Source: Halomicrobium mukohataei DSM 12286 (lineage in GTDB: Archaea > Halobacteriota > Halobacteria > Halobacteriales > Haloarculaceae). From it: a DNA stretch of 32,000 bases. Location: positions 120,001 to 152,000 of the forward strand of contig NC_013202.1 in assembly GCF_000023965.1 (NCBI RefSeq). Reading direction: 5' to 3'. Positions within the stretch are counted from its first letter, which is position 1; the number at the start of each line of letters is the position of its first letter. Below the pieces are notes generated by a model. It ran no database searches. It saw only the letters and a list, made by a program, of their open reading frames with translations, and was not told where the DNA came from. The translations under genes were made by a program, and so were the position numbers. Positions 24,354 to 32,000 of this stretch are shown one piece after another.

Positions 24354-24914
24354 TCAGGAACGGAGCCACTCGCGGGCGACGGCCGCGTCGCCCGGACGGT
24401 TGACGTTGACAGCCAGCCGGGGCTCGTCGACCACGAGCGTGCGGGACGGCTCGCCGCCGACGACGTTGACGCCGGTCGGTGCCACGGTCCGACCGTCGTG
24501 GTCGAACGTCGTGTCGACGCTGACCCCCAGCTCGTGTTTGCGGGCGGCCGGAACGGCGACGGTGAGCGATCCCGACTCGTGGGCGCGACGGAGCCGGTCC
24601 AGAACAGCGCCGGTCAACAGGGGGAGATCGGCCGCCACGGTGAGCGTCGGTCGGGCCAGTCTGTCGTCGGCCAGCGCCGCGTCGAGATCGGCGACGTATC
24701 CCTCGCCCGGCGTCTGGACGATCGGGGCGGAGACGTGGGCCGCCGTCTCGGGCGTCGACGGCGAGGTCGCGACGACGACCGACGCGACGCCGCTCGCGTC
24801 GAGCGCGTCGAGCACGTAGTCGATCAGCGGACGGCCGGCGACCGGGGACAGCGGTTTCTCGCCGTCGGTGTCGAGGCGGGTGCCTCGGCCGCCGGCCATC
24901 ACCAGAGCGTCCAC
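24354..24914 (-). CDS. cobY: Adenosylcobinamide-phosphate guanylyltransferase (archaeal CobY type, NTP-transferase fold)
   Basis: MDALVMAGGRGTRL...EKPL...GRPLIDYVLDAL nucleotidyltransferase N-terminus. 186 aa. It lies between cobS and cobD, as in archaeal cob clusters. Confidence 0.75.
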   Translation of the reverse strand: MDALVMAGGRGTRLDTDGEKPLSPVAGRPLIDYVLDALDASGVASVVVATSPSTPETAAHVSAPIVQTPGEGYVADLDAALADDRLARPTLTVAADLPLLTGAVLDRLRRAHESGSLTVAVPAARKHELGVSVDTTFDHDGRTVAPTGVNVVGGEPSRTLVVDEPRLAVNVNRPGDAAVAREWLRS

Positions 24915-25660
24915 GCGATCACCCCCAGGTGGAGCGCGGCCAGTCGCGCCAGGTCGTTGGCCGCTCCGAGTACGTCACCGCCGACGCCGCCCAGCGTGAC
25001 GGCGGCCCACCGCTCGACGGCGAGTGCGACGGCGACGGCTCCGATGAGTGCCGATCCGGTCGCGAGCAGTCCGCTGCCGCCAGCGAGCCAGCCGAGCGCC
25101 ACCGCGGGGAGCGCGACGACGACGGGGAGCCACAGGTCCCGTCCGTCGGCCTCGTTCAGAAACGAGGAGCCAAAGCCCTCGTGGCTCGGCGTCCCCCGAC
25201 AGATCAGCGTCGCCATCGCGAGCTTCGCGCCGACCTCGCTCGCGAGGACCACGACGACGGCCCCGGCGACCGGCAGCGCGGCGAGGGCCAGACCGGCGAG
25301 TGCGATCCCCACGAGGTCGACGCCGAGGGCCAACAGCGCCCCGACCCCGACGGTCGTGTCGGCCATCACCTCCCGCCGTCGCTCGGCGTCGCCGTGGACG
25401 ACCGCGGCGTCGCCCAGATCTGCCAGCCCGTCGGCGTGGTTGACGCCGGTGACCAGCACGACGCCGACGACCAGCGAGAAGGCGACCGTCGGCGCGGGCA
25501 CGGGGAGCGCGACGGCCGGTGCGAGCAAGAGGCCGACGACGTAGCCGGCGAGCGGGAAGGCCGCTGGCGTCGTCCGAAACGCGTCGAACGCCCTCTCACC
25601 GTGGCCGACCGGGAGCCGAGTGAGAAAGCCGAGCGCGCCGCGGAACGCGGCACCGATCAC
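24899..25660 (-). CDS. cobS: Adenosylcobinamide-GDP ribazoletransferase (cobalamin synthase)
   Basis: Polytopic membrane protein V/MIGAAFRGALGFLTRLPVG...TGVNHADGLADLGDA...GGVGGDVLGAANDL. GTG 25660 lies in a GTGA overlap with the cbiB stop. The ORF track start 26053 is rejected. Confidence 0.85.
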   Translation of the reverse strand: MIGAAFRGALGFLTRLPVGHGERAFDAFRTTPAAFPLAGYVVGLLLAPAVALPVPAPTVAFSLVVGVVLVTGVNHADGLADLGDAAVVHGDAERRREVMADTTVGVGALLALGVDLVGIALAGLALAALPVAGAVVVVLASEVGAKLAMATLICRGTPSHEGFGSSFLNEADGRDLWLPVVVALPAVALGWLAGGSGLLATGSALIGAVAVALAVERWAAVTLGGVGGDVLGAANDLARLAALHLGVIAWTLW

Positions 25661-26598
25661 GGTAGTCCCCCCACCGCGGCCGTCGTGACGACCGCGAGTG
25701 CGTACGCGAGTCCGCCCGCAACGGCGACGGTTCGGACCGATCGCAGTGAAATTTCCGTCGAGGGTAGCTGCTCGCCGCCGTCGAGTGCGTACACGCCGGG
25801 CTTTTCGAGACGAACGCCGTGGGCGGCCGCGAGTACCCCCATCGGCCAGCCGGAGTTGGGCGAGGGTACTCCATCCAGCCACGGTCGTGCGCGCCGGAGC
25901 GCCGCCGGGTCGCGTGCCGCCGCGGCGATCAGGAGCGCGCCGATCCGGGCCGGGAGCCACATCACCGCGTCGTCGAGGCGCGCGGGAGCCCACCCGACCG
26001 GTTTCGAACGATAGCCGAGCATCGAATCCAGCGTGTTGACGGCCTTGACCCACGCCGCCCCGCCAGCGCCGAGCGCGAGCGCCGGGACCGGCGAGAGCGC
26101 CGCCGCCTGACCCACGACGACGCCCGCGACGAACGCGGCGAGTGGCGCGACCAGCCCGTCCGCGAGGTTCTCGGCCGCGCTCTCGACGGCCGCGCTCCGG
26201 ACCTGACCGGCCGAGAGCGGTCCCGCATCACGGCCCGCGAGCGCCCGCAGTGACCCGCGAGCGGCGTCGAGATCCGTCGACGTGGCCCCGATCGTCGAGC
26301 GTGCTTCCGACAGGAGCATCCGGAGACTCGTCGCGACGAACAGGGCACCACCGGCGGCAGCGGCCGCGAGCCACGTCGACGCGCGCCCGGCCGCGACGAC
26401 GAGGACGGCGACGGCGACCGCGGCGGTGAGCGGCACCGCCAGCGCCCCGACGGCACCGACGAGACGGGGGCGTCGCCACGCCCGATCCAGCGGTGCGACG
26501 GCACGGCCCAGCCAGGCGACCGGGTGAGCACGGGCCGGGGGCTCGGCCGCGAGCAGTTCGAGCGCCGCCGCGGTCAGGACTGTGAAGGGCGCGATCAC
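25657..26598 (-). CDS. cbiB: Adenosylcobinamide-phosphate synthase
   Basis: Membrane protein ...HPVAWLGRAV...LRALAGRD...ESAAENLADGLVAPL...VNTLDSMLGYRS...PNSGWPMG, typical of the CbiB/CobD family. GTG 26598 lies in a GTGA overlap with the upstream HAD-like gene. Confidence 0.85.
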   Translation of the reverse strand: MIAPFTVLTAAALELLAAEPPARAHPVAWLGRAVAPLDRAWRRPRLVGAVGALAVPLTAAVAVAVLVVAAGRASTWLAAAAAGGALFVATSLRMLLSEARSTIGATSTDLDAARGSLRALAGRDAGPLSAGQVRSAAVESAAENLADGLVAPLAAFVAGVVVGQAAALSPVPALALGAGGAAWVKAVNTLDSMLGYRSKPVGWAPARLDDAVMWLPARIGALLIAAAARDPAALRRARPWLDGVPSPNSGWPMGVLAAAHGVRLEKPGVYALDGGEQLPSTEISLRSVRTVAVAGGLAYALAVVTTAAVGGLP

Positions 26599-27239
26599 GG
26601 TGGCTCCTCCCCGGACGCTGCGTCGGCCACGGCGGCCGCGAGCCACTCGGGCACCGCCGAGAGCGCCACGTCGTCGAGTACGAGCGCAGTCGCGCCGACG
26701 CGGTCCGCACCGCCGTCGGTACGGGCGTCGTCGCCGACGTGGACGAGTTCGTCGAGCGGGACCGCGAGCGCCGCCGCCGTCCGCTCGAAGATCGTCGGGT
26801 GGGGCTTGCGCCAGCCACAGCCGACGCTGGTCACGACGGAATCGACGGCGAGGTCGGCGCGGTCGAGCGTCCGTTCGACGAGGCCGGGGACGCTGCAGTT
26901 CGAGCAGACCGCCACTGGACCGTACTCGCGCGCGCTCGCGAGCGCGATCCGAGCGCCGTCCCGAACGGTCACTGGCGAGTCGAACGCCGCCAGCGTCGCG
27001 TCGTGTGCGGCCTCGCCCTCGATATCGACGCCACGACTGGCGAGCGCGAGTCGGACGTGCTCGTCCAGCGGTGCCTCCGCGCCCCGTTCGTACTCCCGGT
27101 GTGAGCTGCGGTAGGCCGCCTCCCAGTCGGACGGGACCGTCACGTCGCGGGCGGCCAGCGCGTCGGCCACGGCCGCCCACGGCTCCTCGGGTCGGTCGGC
27201 GTCTACGAGCGTGCCGAAACAGTCGAACGAGACGACCAC
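26595..27239 (-). CDS. HAD-superfamily hydrolase-like protein, first gene of the cob operon, with an atypical motif I
   Basis: Motif I VVSFDCFGTLVD, motif II VAVCSN, motif III GWRKPHPTIF and motif IV HVGDDARTD. GTG start at 27239. The stop overlaps the cbiB start. Confidence 0.8.
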   Translation of the reverse strand: MVVSFDCFGTLVDADRPEEPWAAVADALAARDVTVPSDWEAAYRSSHREYERGAEAPLDEHVRLALASRGVDIEGEAAHDATLAAFDSPVTVRDGARIALASAREYGPVAVCSNCSVPGLVERTLDRADLAVDSVVTSVGCGWRKPHPTIFERTAAALAVPLDELVHVGDDARTDGGADRVGATALVLDDVALSAVPEWLAAAVADAASGEEPP

Positions 27240-27531
27240 GAGCGTGTAGTTACCGCAAGCACACTTGAACTGTGCGGTGGCGGAGCCGGCCGCTCTGACG
27301 ACGGGCGTGCGCGTGGCAGACGACCGTCAGACAACGGTCAAGACCTTGTCACACACTCGGCCGATACCTACCATATAGCGTATACATCGAGACGCGTTTA
27401 CAGTCAGATTCGATAAATGAACCGCCAGACTCCAACGCTACGGTTCGGTTTCGGAGAGGCGACGTTCGACTGCCAGATAGTCGCGTCGTTTCCCGTAAAC
27501 ACGGTCAGTAAACCTACACGAGAGGGCAGGA

Positions 27532-28515
27532 CTACCAGCGGTGGTGAACGTCGTCGAAGACGTACTTCTCGTAGATATCGCGGATCGCGCCGTGGGTCTG
27601 ATGAGAGAGCGGCGCGGCCTGACTGGCGGCGGCGTTCTGGCGGATGTGCTCGGGCGAGGTCGAGCCGGGGATCACCGTCGACACCGCTTCGAAGTCGAGG
27701 ATCCAGCGCAGCGCGGTCTGGGCCATGGTGAGGTCCTCCGGGACGTGCTCGCGGAGCGCCTCGACGGCGTCGAGCCCACGCTCGAACGAGAGTCCGGCGA
27801 AGGTCTCGCCGCGGTCGAAGGCCTCGCCCTCGCGGTTGTAGTTGCGGTGGTCGTTCTCCGGGAACGTGTCGTCGCGGGAGAGTGCACCGGTCAGCAGGCC
27901 CGACGCCAGCGGCACGCGGACGATGACGCCCACGTCGCGGCGCTTGGCCTCCTCGAAGAACAGGTCGGCCGGACGCTGGCGGAAGGGATTGAAGATGATC
28001 TGGACCGTCTCGACGCCGGGGAACTGGATGGCCTTCAGGCCCTCCTCGACCGTCTCGACGCTGACGCCGTAGTGATCGAGCGCGCCCTCGTCTTTGAGTC
28101 TGGCCAGCGCGGCGAACGTCTCGGGCTGGTAGAAGGCGTCGGTCGGCGGACAGTGGAGCTGGAGGAGGTCCAGCGTGTCCTGATCGAGGTACTCCCGAGA
28201 GCGGTCGACGAACGTCGAGAGGTGCTCGTAGTCGTAGTCTTCGGCCACGTGGGGGTCGAGCCGGCGGCCGGCCTTCGTCGCGACCGTCACGTCCTCGTCG
28301 CGCTCGTCCAGGACGTGTGCGATGTGGCGCTCGCTGCGGCCGTCGCCGTACACGTCGGCCGTGTCCACGAAGTCGATCCCCGCGTCGAGTGCGGCACGGA
28401 TCGCCTCCCGGCCCTCCTCGTCGGAAACGTCGCCCCAGTCGCCGCCAACGTTCCACGTCCCCAGTCCGACTTCTGTCACGTCGATACCTGTCGTGCCGAG
28501 TGGTCGATGACGCAT
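27532..28515 (-). CDS. Aldo/keto reductase
   Basis: MRHRPLGTTGIDVTEVGLGTWNVGGDWG...GIDFVDTADVYGDGRSE...LLQLHCP...IPGSTSPEHIRQN are canonical AKR motifs. Confidence 0.9.
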   Translation of the reverse strand: MRHRPLGTTGIDVTEVGLGTWNVGGDWGDVSDEEGREAIRAALDAGIDFVDTADVYGDGRSERHIAHVLDERDEDVTVATKAGRRLDPHVAEDYDYEHLSTFVDRSREYLDQDTLDLLQLHCPPTDAFYQPETFAALARLKDEGALDHYGVSVETVEEGLKAIQFPGVETVQIIFNPFRQRPADLFFEEAKRRDVGVIVRVPLASGLLTGALSRDDTFPENDHRNYNREGEAFDRGETFAGLSFERGLDAVEALREHVPEDLTMAQTALRWILDFEAVSTVIPGSTSPEHIRQNAAASQAAPLSHQTHGAIRDIYEKYVFDDVHHRW

Positions 28516-28627
28516 ACCCGACCCGACGGGCCTTGGCTACTTGTGCCTGTCACCTCCGAGGGCCCGGAAAGCCAGATGCGCTGTCGAGGCCTGCGGTCTT
28601 CCGGCACCGCGGCTGAGAGGCGTATCG

Positions 28628-28682
28628 AAAAATGTGGGACGGGGGCCGGACCGTGACAGGGCGAGCCGTGCGACCGTCCCAC
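28628..28682 (-). terminator. Hairpin followed by T5 on the minus strand; candidate terminator downstream of the zinc-ribbon gene
   Basis: gtgggacgg (28634-28642) pairs with ccgtcccac (28674-28682), a 9-bp stem. On the minus strand this is followed by A-TTTTT (plus-strand aaaaa at 28628-32). Confidence 0.45.
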
Positions 28683-28811
28683 GGCGACGAGCGATCACAC
28701 GACAGTCGTGTGGACGCCGGAAGCTGCACTCGTACGGACTTCCGTCGACCGCTCCGGGATCGACCGGGCGGCGACGTGTGGTCGACCGGTAAATCGCTAC
28801 AATAATCCGTA

Positions 28812-28970
28812 TCAGACCCACTCGGCGCGGCGGACGTCGTACCCACCGCAGGCCGGGCAGGAGTGGTACTGGACCTGGAACGTCGCCTCGCATCGCATAC
28901 ACAGATACGGGCGATCTCCGTCAGCGTCCCCGAGGTGGGAAACGTTTCGTGCCTTATCGAACACTCCCAT
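28812..28970 (-). CDS. 52-aa zinc-ribbon micro-protein (CxxC-x10-CPxCG)
   Basis: Hand translation of the minus strand gives MGVFDKARNVSHLGDADGDRPYLCMRCEATFQVQYHSCPACGGYDVRRAEWV*. It has no internal stop, is below the ORF-track size cutoff, and has a CTTTTTAG box about 37 nt upstream of the ATG. Confidence 0.55.
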   Translation of the reverse strand: MGVFDKARNVSHLGDADGDRPYLCMRCEATFQVQYHSCPACGGYDVRRAEWV

Positions 28971-29472
28971 TGACGACCACACCCCAGGGTTGATGCCACG
29001 TCGCTAAAAAGAGAGATGATCGTTCACGTCATTTTATCCGCCTCTCGTCCCCGGGTTGTTTCGATTCGTCGCCAGACGGTACGCGATGGCGACGCGGTCG
29101 GCGACCGACTGTCTCCGCGTTGCTCGTGGGTCCGTCGGCAGAAGCGATCACGGCCCGTTCGCAACTGCAACGCCCACTCGCGACGGCCGGCGCTCGAACG
29201 ACTCGTGCCAGCGGCGAACGCCACGCCGTCGACACGACGACGGGGCCCAGTAAGGCGCGTCTACGGACCCCGCGATGTGGGCCGTAGAGAGCGCCTACTA
29301 CCGCCGGCTGTAGGTCTGTGAAGCGTTTCGCGACCCCGTATCGCGAACATCTCGAAACAGTTACAGCCGGCAGTATAACGCCACGCCGACGATCCCGCAC
29401 CTCACGGCCACGACCGCGGAGATGCGTGCCACAGTCCACAGATTCATTGTTCGTCCGGCAACACGAGAGCCC

Positions 29473-31326
29473 ATGGACGAGGACCTCCTCGAAGCGCTGG
29501 CGAGCCTGCCGACCTTCCACCACGCGACCGTCTCCCCCGACGGGAACGAAGTCGCCGTCTACTACGACGAGACGGGCCGCAACGAGTTGCACGTCGTCGA
29601 CGTAGCGACCGGCGAGCGAACGCGGTGGAGCGACGGCGAAGTGCCCCGGAACGCCCGCTGGCACGTCGAGTGGGGAGCCGACGGCGACCGCGTCTTCTTC
29701 CACCTCGACGACGACGGCAACGAACAAAACGACGTGTACGCGATCGCTCGCGACGGCTCGGTCGAGCCAGTTGTCCAGTTGGACGGGCAGACGGTCCTGC
29801 AAGACGTGGGCGAAGACGGCGAAACCCTGCTGGTCGGATCGACGGCGAGCGGTCAGATGCAGCTGTACCGCCACGACTGCGCGACGGGCGAGACGACCCA
29901 GCTGACCGAGTACGATCGGGCCGTCGGCGCGGGCGTGCTGTCGCCCGATTGCGAGCGCATCGCCTACGCGACCAACGAGACGGACACCTTCGAGAACACG
30001 GACACCTACGTGGCCGACGCCGACGGATCGAACCAGCGGAACCTGGAGATCGGCGAGACGGGCGCTGAAGTCGGGCCGGTCGACTGGGGTCCAGACGGCG
30101 ACCGGCTGCTGGTGACGGACAACACGGCGGATCTGGGCCGGTGTGGCGTCTACGATCTGTCGACCGACGAGGTGACCTGGTACGGGGGCGAGTTCGACGA
30201 GGACGCCGAGTCCTTCCTGCCCGGTGGCGACCGGTTCCTCGCGGTTCGGACACGAGAGTGTGCGAAAGAAGTCGTCGTCTACGACGCCCGGACCGGCGCG
30301 GCGACGACGCTCGATCTACCATCGGGCGTCGCGTCACTCGGGCGTGCGGGCAGCGCCGTCGTCGACGAGGAACGCATCGTCTGCTCGCACACGACGCCGG
30401 ATCGGCGACCCGAACTGCTGTGTTACGACCTCGCGACCGACGAGACCGAGCAGCTGATCGCGGCCGACTACGGCGACCTCGATCCCGATCGGTTCGTGGA
30501 CGCCGAGTACTTCACCTTCGACTCCGCGGGCGTCGCCGAGTTCGACGACCGCGCCGGCCAGGGAGTCGAGAGCGACCCAGCGTCCCGCGAGATCGAGGCG
30601 CTGCTGTACGACAGCGGCGAGCGTCCGTCGCCAGCGATCGTGAACCCCCACGGCGGTCCGCGGGGACAGGACACTCGCGGGTTCGACCTCTACACGCAGT
30701 TCCTCTGTTCGCAGGGGTACAGCGTCCTGAAGGTGAACTACCGGGGCTCGACCGGCCGCGGCCGCGAGTTCGCACAGGCGATCTACGACGACTGGGGCGG
30801 CAACGAGCAGGCCGACATCGCGACGGGGACGACGATCCTCGCCGAGAAGGAGTGGGTCGACGACGACCGTATCGCCGTCTTCGGTGGCTCTTACGGCGGC
30901 TACTCGGCGTACTGTCAGATGACGATGTACCCCGAGCTGTACGACGCGGGGGTCGCCTGGATCGGCGTCACCGACCTGCGGGACCTCTACGAGAACACGA
31001 TGCCCCACTACCGGACCGAACTGCTGGAGAAGAACGTGGGCTCGCCCGAGGAGAATCCGGCGCTGTACGACGAACGCAGCCCCATCACTCACGCCGAGAA
31101 CCTCGCCGCTCCGCTGTTGGTGCTCCACGGCGTCAACGACCGGCGCGTCCCGGTCTCGCAGGCCCGACTGTTCCGTGATCGCCTCGACGAACTCGGCTAC
31201 GAGGCGGGCGAAGACGGCGACTACGAGTACGTCGAACTCGGCGAGGAGGGCCACGCATCGACCGACGTGGACCAGAAGATCCGCACGTTCCGCACGCTCG
31301 CGGACTTCCTCGAACGCCGGCTCTGA
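29473..31326 (+). CDS. S9 family serine peptidase (prolyl oligopeptidase / acylaminoacyl-peptidase type) with an N-terminal beta-propeller
   Basis: Nucleophile motif FGGSYGGYSA, then LVLHGVNDRRV (Asp), then EEGHAS (His). The N-terminal half has repeated SPDG/DGxR propeller-like segments. The internal ATG 29473 (MDEDLLEAL...) is preferred to 29422. Confidence 0.85.
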   Translation: MDEDLLEALASLPTFHHATVSPDGNEVAVYYDETGRNELHVVDVATGERTRWSDGEVPRNARWHVEWGADGDRVFFHLDDDGNEQNDVYAIARDGSVEPVVQLDGQTVLQDVGEDGETLLVGSTASGQMQLYRHDCATGETTQLTEYDRAVGAGVLSPDCERIAYATNETDTFENTDTYVADADGSNQRNLEIGETGAEVGPVDWGPDGDRLLVTDNTADLGRCGVYDLSTDEVTWYGGEFDEDAESFLPGGDRFLAVRTRECAKEVVVYDARTGAATTLDLPSGVASLGRAGSAVVDEERIVCSHTTPDRRPELLCYDLATDETEQLIAADYGDLDPDRFVDAEYFTFDSAGVAEFDDRAGQGVESDPASREIEALLYDSGERPSPAIVNPHGGPRGQDTRGFDLYTQFLCSQGYSVLKVNYRGSTGRGREFAQAIYDDWGGNEQADIATGTTILAEKEWVDDDRIAVFGGSYGGYSAYCQMTMYPELYDAGVAWIGVTDLRDLYENTMPHYRTELLEKNVGSPEENPALYDERSPITHAENLAAPLLVLHGVNDRRVPVSQARLFRDRLDELGYEAGEDGDYEYVELGEEGHASTDVDQKIRTFRTLADFLERRL

Positions 31327-31374
31327 GCGAACGAGGTCGTTTCTCGCCGCCGACGTAGGAGTCACATAACGAAG

Positions 31375-32000
31375 GTGCGATCGGTCGTCGTCGCTCTCGT
31401 GTACGAGACACGAGCGACGGCCGACGGGGCCAGCCCAGAGACAGCCACTGTCGAGAGAGACGAGCCGGGGCCGGAGCTGTCGGTCGTCGTCGTCACCTAC
31501 AACGAGGCAGCGCGCATCGCCGACTGTCTCGACGCCGTGTTCGAGGCGTGTCGCGGCGTCGCCAGCTTCGAGGTGCTGGTCGTCGACTCGAACTCGACGG
31601 ACGGGACGGTCGCAATCGCAGACGACTACGACGCGACTGTCCTCCGGATCCCCGACGACGCGCTGACGACCCCCGGTGCGGGCCGCTACGTCGGCACGCA
31701 GCGGGCCCGCGGTGACGCCGTGCTGTTCGTCGACGGCGACGTGGTCCTGACCCAGGGCGACTGGCTCGTCGAGGCCCGAGAGACACTCGCGAGCGACTCC
31801 TCGATCGCGGGCGTCGACGGACACCTGAACGAACGCCAGACGGAGGCACCGACCAGCGTCGACTATCTGCACGGCGTCGCGCTGTACGACCGCGAGTCGC
31901 TTGCCGAAGTCGGCGGCTTCCACCCGTTTCTGACCGCTTGGGAGGACGTGGATCTGGGGTTCCAGCTGACGCTCGCGGGGTACGAGCTGTGCCGGCTGCC
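31375..32000 (+). CDS. Partial CDS (runs off window end): family 2 glycosyltransferase
   Basis: Hand translation gives ...ELSVVVVTYNEAARIADCLDAVFEACRGVASFEVLVVDSNSTDGTVAIADDYDATVLRIP...RGDAVLFVDGDVVL...GGFHPFLTAWEDVDLGFQLTLAGYELCRL. It is not in the ORF track because there is no stop in the window. Start is uncertain (GTG 31375 or 31399). Confidence 0.75.
   Translation, partial: MRSVVVALVYETRATADGASPETATVERDEPGPELSVVVVTYNEAARIADCLDAVFEACRGVASFEVLVVDSNSTDGTVAIADDYDATVLRIPDDALTTPGAGRYVGTQRARGDAVLFVDGDVVLTQGDWLVEARETLASDSSIAGVDGHLNERQTEAPTSVDYLHGVALYDRESLAEVGGFHPFLTAWEDVDLGFQLTLAGYELCRL

Noticed and set aside
27240-27400. Cobalamin riboswitch upstream of the cob operon
   Set aside because: I could not find a B12-box-like sequence or the conserved core by eye. 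The nearest GC-rich string, agagcggccggctccgcc, does not fit, and such riboswitches are not established in haloarchaea. Only an Infernal scan could settle this. The possible TATA (CTATATGG, about 135 nt upstream of the GTG) merely hints at a long 5' UTR.
28516-28811. SRP (7S) RNA or RNase P RNA, because of GGCCCGGAAAGCC-like strings
   Set aside because: The resemblance is limited to a few nucleotides. The conserved GGAAGCAGCC (SRP) and GAGGAAAGTCC (RNase P) cores are absent, and the length is too short for RNase P.
29016-29321. Small ORFs in the gap before the S9 peptidase (29016..29321, 29056..29253, 29024..29224)
   Set aside because: All are strongly basic (Arg/Ser/Pro-rich), overlap one another in different frames and have no motifs. 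I treat the region as non-coding.

Overview
GC-rich, gene-dense chromosomal segment that looks haloarchaeal (class Halobacteria): the real proteins are acidic, spurious antisense ORFs are Arg/Gly-rich, and AT-rich TATA-like boxes sit about 26-30 nt upstream of many start codons (leaderless style). In order, I read: (1) a partial RdfA-like gene running off the left edge; (2) a sugar-acid catabolic module with two paralogous enolase-superfamily dehydratases flanking an IclR regulator, plus an SDR oxidoreductase; (3) a DHH phosphoesterase and an acyl-CoA synthetase; (4) a complete type IV pilus-like locus, with PilB-like ATPase, PilC-like platform protein and five prepilin-like ORFs, interrupted by an opposite-strand DUF3592-like membrane protein and followed by two HTH regulators; (5) a MinD/ParA ATPase translationally coupled to an unknown 183-aa protein; (6) a 937-aa secreted protein with seven FG-GAP repeats, 66 uninterrupted Thr-Asp-Thr-Pro units and a sorting-signal-like C-terminus; (7) a tightly overlapped late cobalamin/cobinamide-salvage operon (HAD-like, cbiB, cobS, cobY, cobD, cbiZ, cobA); (8) an aldo/keto reductase, an unlisted 52-aa zinc-ribbon micro-protein, an S9 peptidase and a partial GT2 glycosyltransferase at the right edge. 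I found no rRNA, tRNA, CRISPR array, transposase or integrase. The best candidates for something under-described are the multi-pilin type IV filament locus with its neighbouring MinD pair and FG-GAP/TDTP surface protein, the dehydratase paralog lacking the catalytic His, and the atypical HAD-like gene fused into the cob operon. All calls come from reading the translations and DNA by eye; no database search was run.
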